A stretch of DNA of 64,000 bases from a bacterium (GTDB taxonomy: Bacteria; Krumholzibacteriota; Krumholzibacteriia; LZORAL124-64-63): NCBI GenBank assembly GCA_031441465.1, contig JANOEP010000072.1:30385-94384 (forward strand), written 5' to 3'. How positions within the stretch are numbered: the stretch's first letter is position 1; the number at the start of each line of letters is the position of its first letter. The notes under the pieces are model-generated. The model made no database searches and was not told where the DNA came from. It saw nothing but the letters and a program-made list of their open reading frames with translations. The translations under genes and the position numbers were made by a program. Of this stretch, positions 17,529 to 26,022 are shown piece after piece.

Positions 17529-18200
17529 ATGTTCGACATCACGTTCGCGCTGCTGATCCCGGTGTTCATCTTCGCCCTCTGGGCGCAGCACCGTGTCAAG
17601 ACCACCTACGCCAAGTACCTGCTGGTGCCCGCCGCCCGCGGCCTGACCGGCAGCGAGGCCGCCCGCCGCCTGCTGGACGCCGCCGGGCTCTCGGCGGTGG
17701 GCATCGAGCGCATCGGCGGCGACCTGACCGACCACTACGACCCGCGCAAGCGCGTGCTGCGCTTGAGCGAGGCCAACCACGAGGGCCGCAGCATCGCCGC
17801 GTTGGGCGTCTCCTGCCACGAGGCGGGCCACGCCGTGCAGCACGCCCGCGGCTACGCGGCGCTGCAGGTCCGACAGGCCATCTGGCCGGTGGCCGGCTTC
17901 GGCAGCACCCTGGCCATGCCCCTGTTCTTCATCGGATTCCTGTTCCACTTCCCGATGCTGATGGACGTGGGTATCCTGATCTACGCCGTGGCGGCGGTGT
18001 TCACGCTGGTGACCCTGCCGGTGGAGTTCGACGCCAGCAACCGCGCCGTGCAGTTGCTGACGACCCATGGCATCGTCTCGACGCAGGAGCGCGGGCAGGT
18101 GCGCGCGGTGCTCAACGCCGCCGCGCTGACCTACGTCGCGGCGGCCCTGATGGCCGTGGTCCAGCTCGTGCGGTTGCTGCTGCTGCGCGGACGTCGCTGA
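17529..18200 (+). CDS. putative neutral zinc metallopeptidase (YugP-like membrane protein)
   Basis: LTDHYDP, HEAGHAVQH, TLPVEFDASNRA, VLNAAALTYVA. Confidence 0.9.
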   Translation: MFDITFALLIPVFIFALWAQHRVKTTYAKYLLVPAARGLTGSEAARRLLDAAGLSAVGIERIGGDLTDHYDPRKRVLRLSEANHEGRSIAALGVSCHEAGHAVQHARGYAALQVRQAIWPVAGFGSTLAMPLFFIGFLFHFPMLMDVGILIYAVAAVFTLVTLPVEFDASNRAVQLLTTHGIVSTQERGQVRAVLNAAALTYVAAALMAVVQLVRLLLLRGRR

Positions 18201-18252
18201 CCGTTCGTCGATCCCGACCCCGAACCCGGCTCGGCCGGACCTGGAGGACCGC

Positions 18253-19011
18253 ATGCGCCGCAAGCTCGTCGCCGGAAACTGGAAGATGAACCTCGGACCC
18301 GCCGCCGCGACCAAACTGGCGCGCCAGGTGGCCCTCGGCGTGCCGGGTCTCGACGGGCCGCCCGAAGTGCTGGTCTGCCCGCCCTTCGTCTCGATCCCCG
18401 CCGTGGCCGCCGTCCTGAAGGACAGCGCCGTGCTGCTCGGCGCCCAGAACTGCGCTGGCGAGGACGCGGGCGCCCACACCGGCGAGGTCGCGGCGCCCAT
18501 GCTGAGCGAGGTCGGGGCGACCCACGTCATCGTCGCCCACTCGGAGCGGCGGACCCACCAGCGCGAGACCGACGACGAATTCGTGCGCAAGATCGACCGC
18601 GCCCACGCGGCCGGCCTCACCGCCATCTTCTGCTACGGCGAACGCATCGAGGAACGGCGGGCCGGCCGCGAGCGCGACGTGGTCCGCGCCCAGCTCGCCG
18701 GCGTGCTGCCGCGCCTCGCCGCACCCACGCCCGCGAACCTGGTGCTGGCCTACGAACCGGTCTGGGCCATCGGCACCGGCGAGACGGCGACCCCGGAGCA
18801 GGCCCAGGAGATCCACGCCTTCTCGCGCGGGATCGTGGGCGAGCTGCTCGGCAACGACGCGGCCGCCCGGATGCGCATCCTCTACGGCGGCAGCATGAAG
18901 CCCGACAACGCGGCGGAACTGATGCGCCAGCCGGACATCGACGGCGGCTTGATCGGCGGCGCCAGCCTGAAGGCCGACGATTTTCTGGCGATCGTGCGCG
19001 GCGCCCTCTGA
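18253..19011 (+). CDS. tpiA: triosephosphate isomerase
   Basis: AGNWKMN, HSERR, AYEPVWAIGTG, LYGGS, DGGLIGGASL. Confidence 0.97.
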   Translation: MRRKLVAGNWKMNLGPAAATKLARQVALGVPGLDGPPEVLVCPPFVSIPAVAAVLKDSAVLLGAQNCAGEDAGAHTGEVAAPMLSEVGATHVIVAHSERRTHQRETDDEFVRKIDRAHAAGLTAIFCYGERIEERRAGRERDVVRAQLAGVLPRLAAPTPANLVLAYEPVWAIGTGETATPEQAQEIHAFSRGIVGELLGNDAAARMRILYGGSMKPDNAAELMRQPDIDGGLIGGASLKADDFLAIVRGAL

Positions 19012-19034
19012 CGTACCCAACCCGGGAGACGAAC

Positions 19035-21659
19035 ATGTACCGACGCCTCCAGCGCCCGGCCGCCGTCGCGGCGTGCGCGTTGCTGATCACGATCGTGACC
19101 GCGACCGCGGCGCTCGCCGCCGGCGAGGACCTGCTGTTCCCCGACCCGGTTTTCCCAGACTTGCCGCCCGGCGCCGAAGTCCTGAGCCTGGAGAACGGCC
19201 TGCAGGTGGTGCTGCTGCCCAACCCGGCCCAGCCCATGACGGCGGTGCTGACCCAGGTGCGGGTCGGCTCGGCGTACGAGGACTTCCGCACCAGCGGCAT
19301 GAGCCACATGCTCGAGCACCTGCTGTTCAACGGCACCGCGACGATGACCCAGGAAGAGCTGTACGCCGCCGCCGACCGCCTCGGTGCCTGGAACAACGCC
19401 CACACGAGCGACTTCTTCACGAACTTCATCATGATCGTCCCGTCGGCGAAGCTGGCCGAGGGTGTGGCCCTGCAGGCCGGGATGCTCTTCCACTCCACGC
19501 TGCCGGCCGACAAGTTCGAGAAGGAGCGGGGCATCGTGGTGGGCGAGATCGTCCAGGCCCGCGATCGCGACGAAGACCCCGCGGGCGGGATCATCCGCGA
19601 GGCCGCCTTCGCGGGCAGCAGCCTCGCGCTGCCGACCCTCGGCACCCTGAGCACGATCGAGCACCTGCGCCGCGACGACGTCGACGCCTTCTACCACAAC
19701 CACTACGTGCCCAACAACATGATCACCACGGTGGCCGGCAACTTCGACCGCGAGGCCGTCCTCGCCCTGCTGCGCGAGCACTTCGGCGCCGTGCCGCCCG
19801 GCACCGTGCAGCGGCCGCCGCTGACGCCCGCGCCGCCGGTGAACGGCGCCGGGGTCGTCACCCGCCGCGCCGGCGACACCCACGTGCTGGCCCTGGTCTA
19901 CGAGGCGCCCGGCTACGGCGCGGCTGATTTCTTCGCCTTCGAGGCCCTGACCGGTCTGCTGGACGCGCCCGCGACCGGCCTGCTGGCGCAGGCCTTCGTG
20001 AAACTGCCCGAGGACCGGCGCCCCACCGTGTCGTCGTGGTGGGACCGGGCCGACGGTTTCGCCCGCCTCACGCTGCGCCTCGACCTGCCCGCGGACGCCG
20101 ATCCCGCCCTCTACCGCGGTCTGGTCGTGGACGCCCTGGCCGCGGCCGCGAAGAAGGGCTTCGCGGCGGCCGACATCACCGAGATCGTGCGCGGGCGCAC
20201 CACCGCGACGCTGCTCGAACGCGAGCAGTTGCGGATGCTGGCGATCACCGCCGCCGAGCCCCTGACCCTGGGCGGTCCGGACCACTTCCTGGGCTACCTC
20301 GACCGTCTGGCCGCCGTCTCGCCCGCCCGGATCGTCCGCACCCTCGAACGCCACCTCGTGGGCCGGCCGCACCTGGCGGTGCACGTGCTGCCCGCCGCGG
20401 CCGCCGCCGCCGGCGCGGACAGCGCCGCCGTCATGGTGGAGCGCTCGACGTTGGCCAACGGCACGGTGCTGGTCACGCTGCGCAACCCCGTCTCGCCGCT
20501 GTTCGCGGCACACGTCGCGGTGCGCAACCGCGTCGCCCTGGACGGCGACCACGCCGGCGCCCTGAACCTCGTGCACCGGCTGTTGCCGATGGGCACGCGG
20601 GACTGCGACCGGGAATGCCTCGCGCACCGCCTGGGCGCGCTGGGCGCCGAACTGAAGCTCGTCGACGATCCGAACATCCCCATGGACGACTACTACACCG
20701 GCGGCCGCTTCTCCTGGGTGCGCCTGGAGACCGGCGCCGACGTCGGCCCGGCGGCCCTGACCCTGTTGCTCGGCCTGCTGCGCGAACCCGCCTTCACGGC
20801 GGCCGACGTGGCCGCCGAAATCGCGGCCCAGCAGGAGATCCTCCAACGCCAGGCGGGCAGCGCCGGGCAGCGCGCGCGGCGCCTGTTCGCCGACGCCCTC
20901 TACGGCGCCCACCCGCTGTCCCGTGCGCCCGAGGGTGTGCCGGGCTCGCTCGACGGCCTCGACCTCGCGGCCCTGAAGGACCTCCACCGCCGCGCCTTCG
21001 CGCCGGCGAATCTGGTGGTGACCGTGGTGTCGTCCTTGCCCCACGCGCAGATCGCCGCGCTGGTCGAGGCCCACCTGCCCGGCCGCGGCGAACCCAGCCC
21101 GGAGCTGCCGGCCCTGCCGGTGACCGCGCAGGACGCCCGCGTGACCGCGACGGCCGGCGGGCCCATGGCCGCGATCCGCACCGGCTCGCTCTTCGCCGTC
21201 GATCCGGCCGACGCCCCCGCCCTGCAGATGCTGGTGGACGTGCTGTCGGACCGCATCGCGATGGATCTGCGCGAGACGCGCGGTTTGAGTTACAGTACGG
21301 GGGCCGGCGTGGAGATTCACGGCTCGGGAGCGGCCCTCGAGGCCTGGCTCAACCCCCCGGCGGCGCGCCTGGCCGAAGGGGAGCAGGCGCTGCTGGAGGC
21401 GGTGCGCGGCTTCGACGCCGCGACGGTCACGCAGGCGGAGCTGGACAAGGCGCGCGGGGCGCGCTCCGGCCGCCTGATGATGCGGCGCCTGGCGAGCATC
21501 AGCCAGGCCTACTACCTGGCGACGGCCGAACTCGACGGTCGGGTCGACGGCTACCTGACGGCGCTCGCGGCCCACGACACGGTGACGCTGGACGACCTCG
21601 TGCGCGTCGGCGGCAGGTACCTGAAGGACCGGCCGCTGGTGACCGCGGTCGCGAACTGA
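19035..21659 (+). CDS. secreted M16 (insulinase-family) zinc peptidase, two fused halves
   Basis: signal peptide; LENGLQV; GMSHMLEHLLF (HxxEH); NAHTS; KERGIVVGE; inactive second half with LRETRGLSYS. Confidence 0.9.
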   Translation: MYRRLQRPAAVAACALLITIVTATAALAAGEDLLFPDPVFPDLPPGAEVLSLENGLQVVLLPNPAQPMTAVLTQVRVGSAYEDFRTSGMSHMLEHLLFNGTATMTQEELYAAADRLGAWNNAHTSDFFTNFIMIVPSAKLAEGVALQAGMLFHSTLPADKFEKERGIVVGEIVQARDRDEDPAGGIIREAAFAGSSLALPTLGTLSTIEHLRRDDVDAFYHNHYVPNNMITTVAGNFDREAVLALLREHFGAVPPGTVQRPPLTPAPPVNGAGVVTRRAGDTHVLALVYEAPGYGAADFFAFEALTGLLDAPATGLLAQAFVKLPEDRRPTVSSWWDRADGFARLTLRLDLPADADPALYRGLVVDALAAAAKKGFAAADITEIVRGRTTATLLEREQLRMLAITAAEPLTLGGPDHFLGYLDRLAAVSPARIVRTLERHLVGRPHLAVHVLPAAAAAAGADSAAVMVERSTLANGTVLVTLRNPVSPLFAAHVAVRNRVALDGDHAGALNLVHRLLPMGTRDCDRECLAHRLGALGAELKLVDDPNIPMDDYYTGGRFSWVRLETGADVGPAALTLLLGLLREPAFTAADVAAEIAAQQEILQRQAGSAGQRARRLFADALYGAHPLSRAPEGVPGSLDGLDLAALKDLHRRAFAPANLVVTVVSSLPHAQIAALVEAHLPGRGEPSPELPALPVTAQDARVTATAGGPMAAIRTGSLFAVDPADAPALQMLVDVLSDRIAMDLRETRGLSYSTGAGVEIHGSGAALEAWLNPPAARLAEGEQALLEAVRGFDAATVTQAELDKARGARSGRLMMRRLASISQAYYLATAELDGRVDGYLTALAAHDTVTLDDLVRVGGRYLKDRPLVTAVAN

Positions 21660-21678
21660 GCCGGGGACGGGGAGGACC

Positions 21679-23757
21679 ATGATCCGGAGAGCGACGATCC
21701 TCTGCGCCTGTCTGCTGACCGCCGCCGCCGCGAGCGGGATGCCGGTCATCCATCACGATCTCCAGGTGCGCTTCGATCTGCCGAACCACCGCGTCGACGT
21801 CACGGACCAGCTGACGGTGCCCGCCGGCGTCGACACCCTGCTGCTGAACGCGGGCGTGGCGCTGACGGGCCTGTCCCGCCGCCATCCCGACGGCACGGGC
21901 GAGCAGCAGAAGCTCGACGCCGCCGTCGGGGAGACTGCGCCGCCCGACACGGCGGTCGTCCACCTGCAGGTCGATCCGAGCGGGCACACGCTCGCGGAGG
22001 ACGAGGTCCTGCAGATGACCCTCACGTACGCCGCCCGCTGGTCCGAGTCCACCGCCGACGTCACCTTCTCCCGCGAGAACGTCGGCCGCGAGATCCAGGG
22101 CACGATCTCCGACGAGGGGATCTACCTGGCCGCGTCCTCCTACTGGCTGCCGCTCGCCGACGGCGCGCTGCACACCTACCGCTTGAAGGTCGTCACGCCG
22201 GCGGGATGGGAGCCGCTGACCCAGGGCGAGCGCACGCTGCACGAGGAGAAGGACGGCCTGCTGACGACGGTGTGGGAGTCCGCCGAGCCCTCCGACGGCC
22301 TCACCCTGATCGCCAACCGCTACCTGGTGACCGAGCGCGACTTCGGCGGCGTCCTGGGCGCCACGTACTTCCTCGCCGACGAGCCGGCGCTGGTCGAGAC
22401 CTACCTCGAGCGCACCGGCGCCTACCTCGACATGTACCGCGCGATGATCGGCCCGTACCCCTTCAGCCGCTTCACGACGGTCGAGAACTGGTTCCCCACC
22501 GGCTACGGCATGCCCGGCTGGACCCTGCTCGGCGGCCAGGTGCTGCGCCTGCCCTTCATCCCCACCACCAGCTTCGGCCACGAGATCGCCCACAACTGGT
22601 GGGGCAACTCGGTGTTCGTCGACGTTGAGCGCGGCAACTGGTGCGAGGGGCTGACCGTCTACTGCGCCGACTACCACTACAAGGAGCTGGAGTCGCCCGC
22701 GGCCGCGCGGGAGTACCGCCGCACCCTGCTGAAGGACTACGCCGCCTACGTGCGCGACGGCCGCGACCTGCCGTTGCGCGACTTCCGCGAGCGCCACAGC
22801 GGCGCCACGCGGGCCGTGGGCTACGGCAAGTCGATGATGGTCTTCCACATGATCGACGAGACGATCGGCCGCGACGCGTTCCTGTCCGCCCTGCGCGACG
22901 TCGCCCGCACGCACCTGTTCCGCGAAGCGGCCTGGGACGACTTCCTGGCGGCCTTCGCGGCGTACGGGACCCGCGACCTGACGGCCTTCGGCGAGGCCTG
23001 GCTGGGCCGCGCCGGCGCGCCGACGCTGCGCCTGGAGTCGGCGGCCCGCGAGGGCGACCGGGTGACGGTGACGCTGACCCAGGGCGACGACGTCTGGCCG
23101 CTGCGGGTGCCGGTCACGGCCACGACACCGGCGGGCCCGATCACTGCCATGGTCGTGATGGACGACCGGCGCCTGACCCACACCTGGACGGCGCCCGGAG
23201 CGACGGCGGTCCAGGTGGATCCCGATTATCATGTATTCCGGCGCCTGCATCCCGAGGAGATCGAACCGACCCTCAGCCAGATCCTCGGCGATCCCGCGCC
23301 CCGTTTCATCCTGCCGGCGGGAGCGCTGGCGGATGCGGCCTCGGCCTTCGCCGCCGACTGGGTCGAAGGGGGAGAGGCGGTCGTCGTCGACGCCGCCGCC
23401 GATCCCGAGGGCCACAGCCGGATCCTGGTGAACCCCGACGGCGCCGTCGCCAAGACGCTGCTGCCGGCCCAGGCGCAACTCGCGGGCGGGCTGCTGTTCC
23501 TGAACGGGCAGCGCCTCGACCTCGCGACCAACGACGCGGTCCTGGCCGTGCCGGCACCCGGCCGGCCGGGAGCCGCCGACCTGCTGGTCTTCTGCCGTTC
23601 GGCCGAGCGCCTGACGGCGTTGGCCGGCCGACTGAGCCACTACGGCAAGTACTCGCACCTCGTGTTCCCCGCCCGGGGAGCCGCGCTCAAGGGCAACTGG
23701 GAGGCTGCGGCCTCGCCCCTGCGCGCGGACCTCACCGGCAAGACGAAGGAGAAGTGA
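21679..23757 (+). CDS. secreted M1-family aminopeptidase-like gluzincin
   Basis: signal peptide; IGPYPF; GYGMP; HEIAHNWWGN...NWCEGL; YGKSMMVFHM. Confidence 0.85.
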   Translation: MIRRATILCACLLTAAAASGMPVIHHDLQVRFDLPNHRVDVTDQLTVPAGVDTLLLNAGVALTGLSRRHPDGTGEQQKLDAAVGETAPPDTAVVHLQVDPSGHTLAEDEVLQMTLTYAARWSESTADVTFSRENVGREIQGTISDEGIYLAASSYWLPLADGALHTYRLKVVTPAGWEPLTQGERTLHEEKDGLLTTVWESAEPSDGLTLIANRYLVTERDFGGVLGATYFLADEPALVETYLERTGAYLDMYRAMIGPYPFSRFTTVENWFPTGYGMPGWTLLGGQVLRLPFIPTTSFGHEIAHNWWGNSVFVDVERGNWCEGLTVYCADYHYKELESPAAAREYRRTLLKDYAAYVRDGRDLPLRDFRERHSGATRAVGYGKSMMVFHMIDETIGRDAFLSALRDVARTHLFREAAWDDFLAAFAAYGTRDLTAFGEAWLGRAGAPTLRLESAAREGDRVTVTLTQGDDVWPLRVPVTATTPAGPITAMVVMDDRRLTHTWTAPGATAVQVDPDYHVFRRLHPEEIEPTLSQILGDPAPRFILPAGALADAASAFAADWVEGGEAVVVDAAADPEGHSRILVNPDGAVAKTLLPAQAQLAGGLLFLNGQRLDLATNDAVLAVPAPGRPGAADLLVFCRSAERLTALAGRLSHYGKYSHLVFPARGAALKGNWEAAASPLRADLTGKTKEK

Positions 23758-24413
23758 TGATGCGCAAGAAGATGATGGTCGGATTCCTGTTGATGGCGGC
23801 CCTGGCCCTGGTCCTGGGCGGTTGCGGCATGAGCCGGGCCCAGAAGGGCGCGCTGCTGGGCGGCGCGGCGGGCGCCGGCGCCGGCGCGGCGGTGAGCAAG
23901 AACAACACCAAGGGGGCGGTGATCGGCGGCGCGGCGGGCGCCGTCATCGGCGGGCTGATCGGCTCCTACCTCGACAACCAGGCGCGCGAGATGGAGGAGA
24001 TCGAGGGGGCCGCGGTCACCCGCCAGGGCGACGAACTGCAGGTCACCTTCGAAAACGCCATCCTGTTCGACTACGACTCGTCGGCCCTCAAGACCGCCTC
24101 GCAGGACCAGCTGCGCGAGGTCGCCGACGTGCTCTCGCGCTACCCTGACACCGACATCATGGTCCGTGGACACACCGATAGTTCGGGTTCCGACGACTAC
24201 AACCAGTCCCTCAGCGAGCGCCGCGCCGCCGCGGTCCGCGGCTTCCTGATGGGCGCCGGCGTGGCCGCGAACCGCATCACCGCCCACGGCTACGGCGAGT
24301 CCGCACCGGTCGCCGACAACGGCTCCGAGTCCGGCCGCTCGCAGAACCGCCGCGTCGAACTGAACGTCCAGGTCAACGAGGAATTCCGCCAGCGCGCCGC
24401 CGAGCAGGGCTGA
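23757..24413 (+). CDS. OmpA-family lipoprotein with a glycine zipper (YiaD-like)
   Basis: lipobox LGGC; GALLGGAAGAGAGA; ILFDYDS, GHTD, LSERRA, GYGE, NRRVE. Confidence 0.92.
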   Translation: MMRKKMMVGFLLMAALALVLGGCGMSRAQKGALLGGAAGAGAGAAVSKNNTKGAVIGGAAGAVIGGLIGSYLDNQAREMEEIEGAAVTRQGDELQVTFENAILFDYDSSALKTASQDQLREVADVLSRYPDTDIMVRGHTDSSGSDDYNQSLSERRAAAVRGFLMGAGVAANRITAHGYGESAPVADNGSESGRSQNRRVELNVQVNEEFRQRAAEQG

Positions 24414-24487
24414 TCCGATCCCGATCCCGGGCGGGCGGCGTCCCTGCCGCCCGCCCCGCCGCCGACCGACCAACCAGGGAGCGAACC

Positions 24488-25945
24488 GTGACCACCTACG
24501 AGAGCCTGCAGCCCCGGTCCGTCTGGAGCATCTTCGCCGAACTGTCCCGCATCCCCCGCGGCTCCGGCAACGAGGCCGCGGTCCTGGACATGCTCAAGGC
24601 CTGGGCCGACGCCCGCGGCCTGAAGTGGAGCCAGGACCAGGTGGGCAACCTCCTGGTGCGCATCCCGGGCACGCCGGGCCGCGAGCAGGCCGCGCCGGTG
24701 CTCGTGCAGGGGCACGTCGACATGGTCTGCGAGAAGAACGGCGCCACGAAGCACGACTTCGCCAAGGACCCGATCAAGCTCCTGGTTGCCGACGGCTGGG
24801 TGACGGCCGACGGCACCACGCTGGGCGCGGACAACGGCATCGGCGTGGCCATGGGGCTCGCCTTGGCCGACGAGAAGGGGCTCAAGCACCCCCCGGTGGA
24901 AGTGCTGCTGACCGTCGACGAGGAGCGCGGCCTGACCGGCGCGGCCGGCGTCGAGCCGGGCTTCTTCAGCGCCCGCCGCATGATCAACCTCGACTCCGAG
25001 GAGGACCGCTCCCTGTTCATCGGCTGCGCCGGCGGACGCGACTCGGTCATCACCGTGAAGAACAAGAAGAGCGCGCTGGGCAAGGGGCTCGTCGGGCACA
25101 AGGTCGTCGTGTCCGGCCTCAAGGGCGGGCACTCCGGCCTGGACATCGACAAGAACCGCGGCAACGCGATCAAGATCCTCGCCCGCCTGCTGCTGGCCGC
25201 GCGCGAGACGGTGCCCTTCAAGCTCGTGGACTTCGACGGCGGCAGCATGCGCAACGCCATCCCGCGCGAGGCCACGGCCCGCGTGGCGGTGCCCGAAGCG
25301 CAGGCCGGCGCCTTCAAGAAGCTCGTCGACAAGGCGGCGGCGGCGCGCATCCTGAGCGAGGAACTGGCCGGCATCGACGACCTGGCGTCCGTGAAGGTCG
25401 CCAAGTGCAAGGTGGACCACAGCCTGGGCGGCAACTGCACCCTGCGCGTCCTGCGCCTGATCGAGGCGCTGCCCAACGGCGTGCTGGCCATGAGCCAGGC
25501 CATCCCGGGACTGGTCGAGACCAGCTCCAACGTGGGCGTGGTGAAGACCAAGGGGACCACGGTGGAGCTGGTCTGCTGCAGCCGCTCCTCGAACATGTCG
25601 GCCCTGGACGGCCTCGTGCAACGCCACCGGACCATCGTCGCCCTGCTGGACGACCGGGCCGCGATCGAGCAGCCCGAAGGCTACCCCGGCTGGCAGCCGA
25701 ACCCGGCCTCGCTGCTGGTGCAGGCCACGGCGCGCACCTACGAGCGGATCTTCAAGGTCGTGCCGGAGCTGAAGGCGATCCACGCCGGTCTGGAGTGCGG
25801 CCTGCTGACCGAGAAGTACCCGGACCTGGACATCGTCTCCTTCGGCCCGGACATCCACGGCGCCCACTCGCCCGACGAGAAGGTGAGCGTGGCCTCGGTC
25901 GCGAAGGTCTGGCAGCTGTTCACCGGGGTGATGAGCGAACTCTAG
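24488..25945 (+). CDS. pepD: aminoacyl-histidine dipeptidase (M20C)
   Basis: IPRGSGNE, QGHVDMVCEK, TTLGADNGIG, TVDEERG, NLDSEE, GGHSG, IHAGLECG, HSPDE. Confidence 0.93.
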   Translation: MTTYESLQPRSVWSIFAELSRIPRGSGNEAAVLDMLKAWADARGLKWSQDQVGNLLVRIPGTPGREQAAPVLVQGHVDMVCEKNGATKHDFAKDPIKLLVADGWVTADGTTLGADNGIGVAMGLALADEKGLKHPPVEVLLTVDEERGLTGAAGVEPGFFSARRMINLDSEEDRSLFIGCAGGRDSVITVKNKKSALGKGLVGHKVVVSGLKGGHSGLDIDKNRGNAIKILARLLLAARETVPFKLVDFDGGSMRNAIPREATARVAVPEAQAGAFKKLVDKAAAARILSEELAGIDDLASVKVAKCKVDHSLGGNCTLRVLRLIEALPNGVLAMSQAIPGLVETSSNVGVVKTKGTTVELVCCSRSSNMSALDGLVQRHRTIVALLDDRAAIEQPEGYPGWQPNPASLLVQATARTYERIFKVVPELKAIHAGLECGLLTEKYPDLDIVSFGPDIHGAHSPDEKVSVASVAKVWQLFTGVMSEL

Positions 25946-25970
25946 ACGGAGCGGCTCCCACCGACACGGA

Positions 25971-26003
25971 AGCGGCCCCTGCTCACCGGGAGCAGGGGCC
26001 GCT
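25971..26003. terminator. 14-bp stem hairpin between convergent pepD and the vWA gene
   Basis: AGCGGCCCCTGCTC-accgg-GAGCAGGGGCCGCT; no clear U-tract. Confidence 0.55.
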
Positions 26004-26022
26004 CGCGTCTGGGGAGACGCGG

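Noticed and set aside
18532..18552. TPI AHSERR instead of GHSERR
   Set aside because: Catalytic Lys, His and Glu are all present; conservative variation.
24429..24456. GC hairpin between ompA and pepD as a terminator or REP
   Set aside because: No U-tract and no second copy seen; at most an mRNA stability hairpin.
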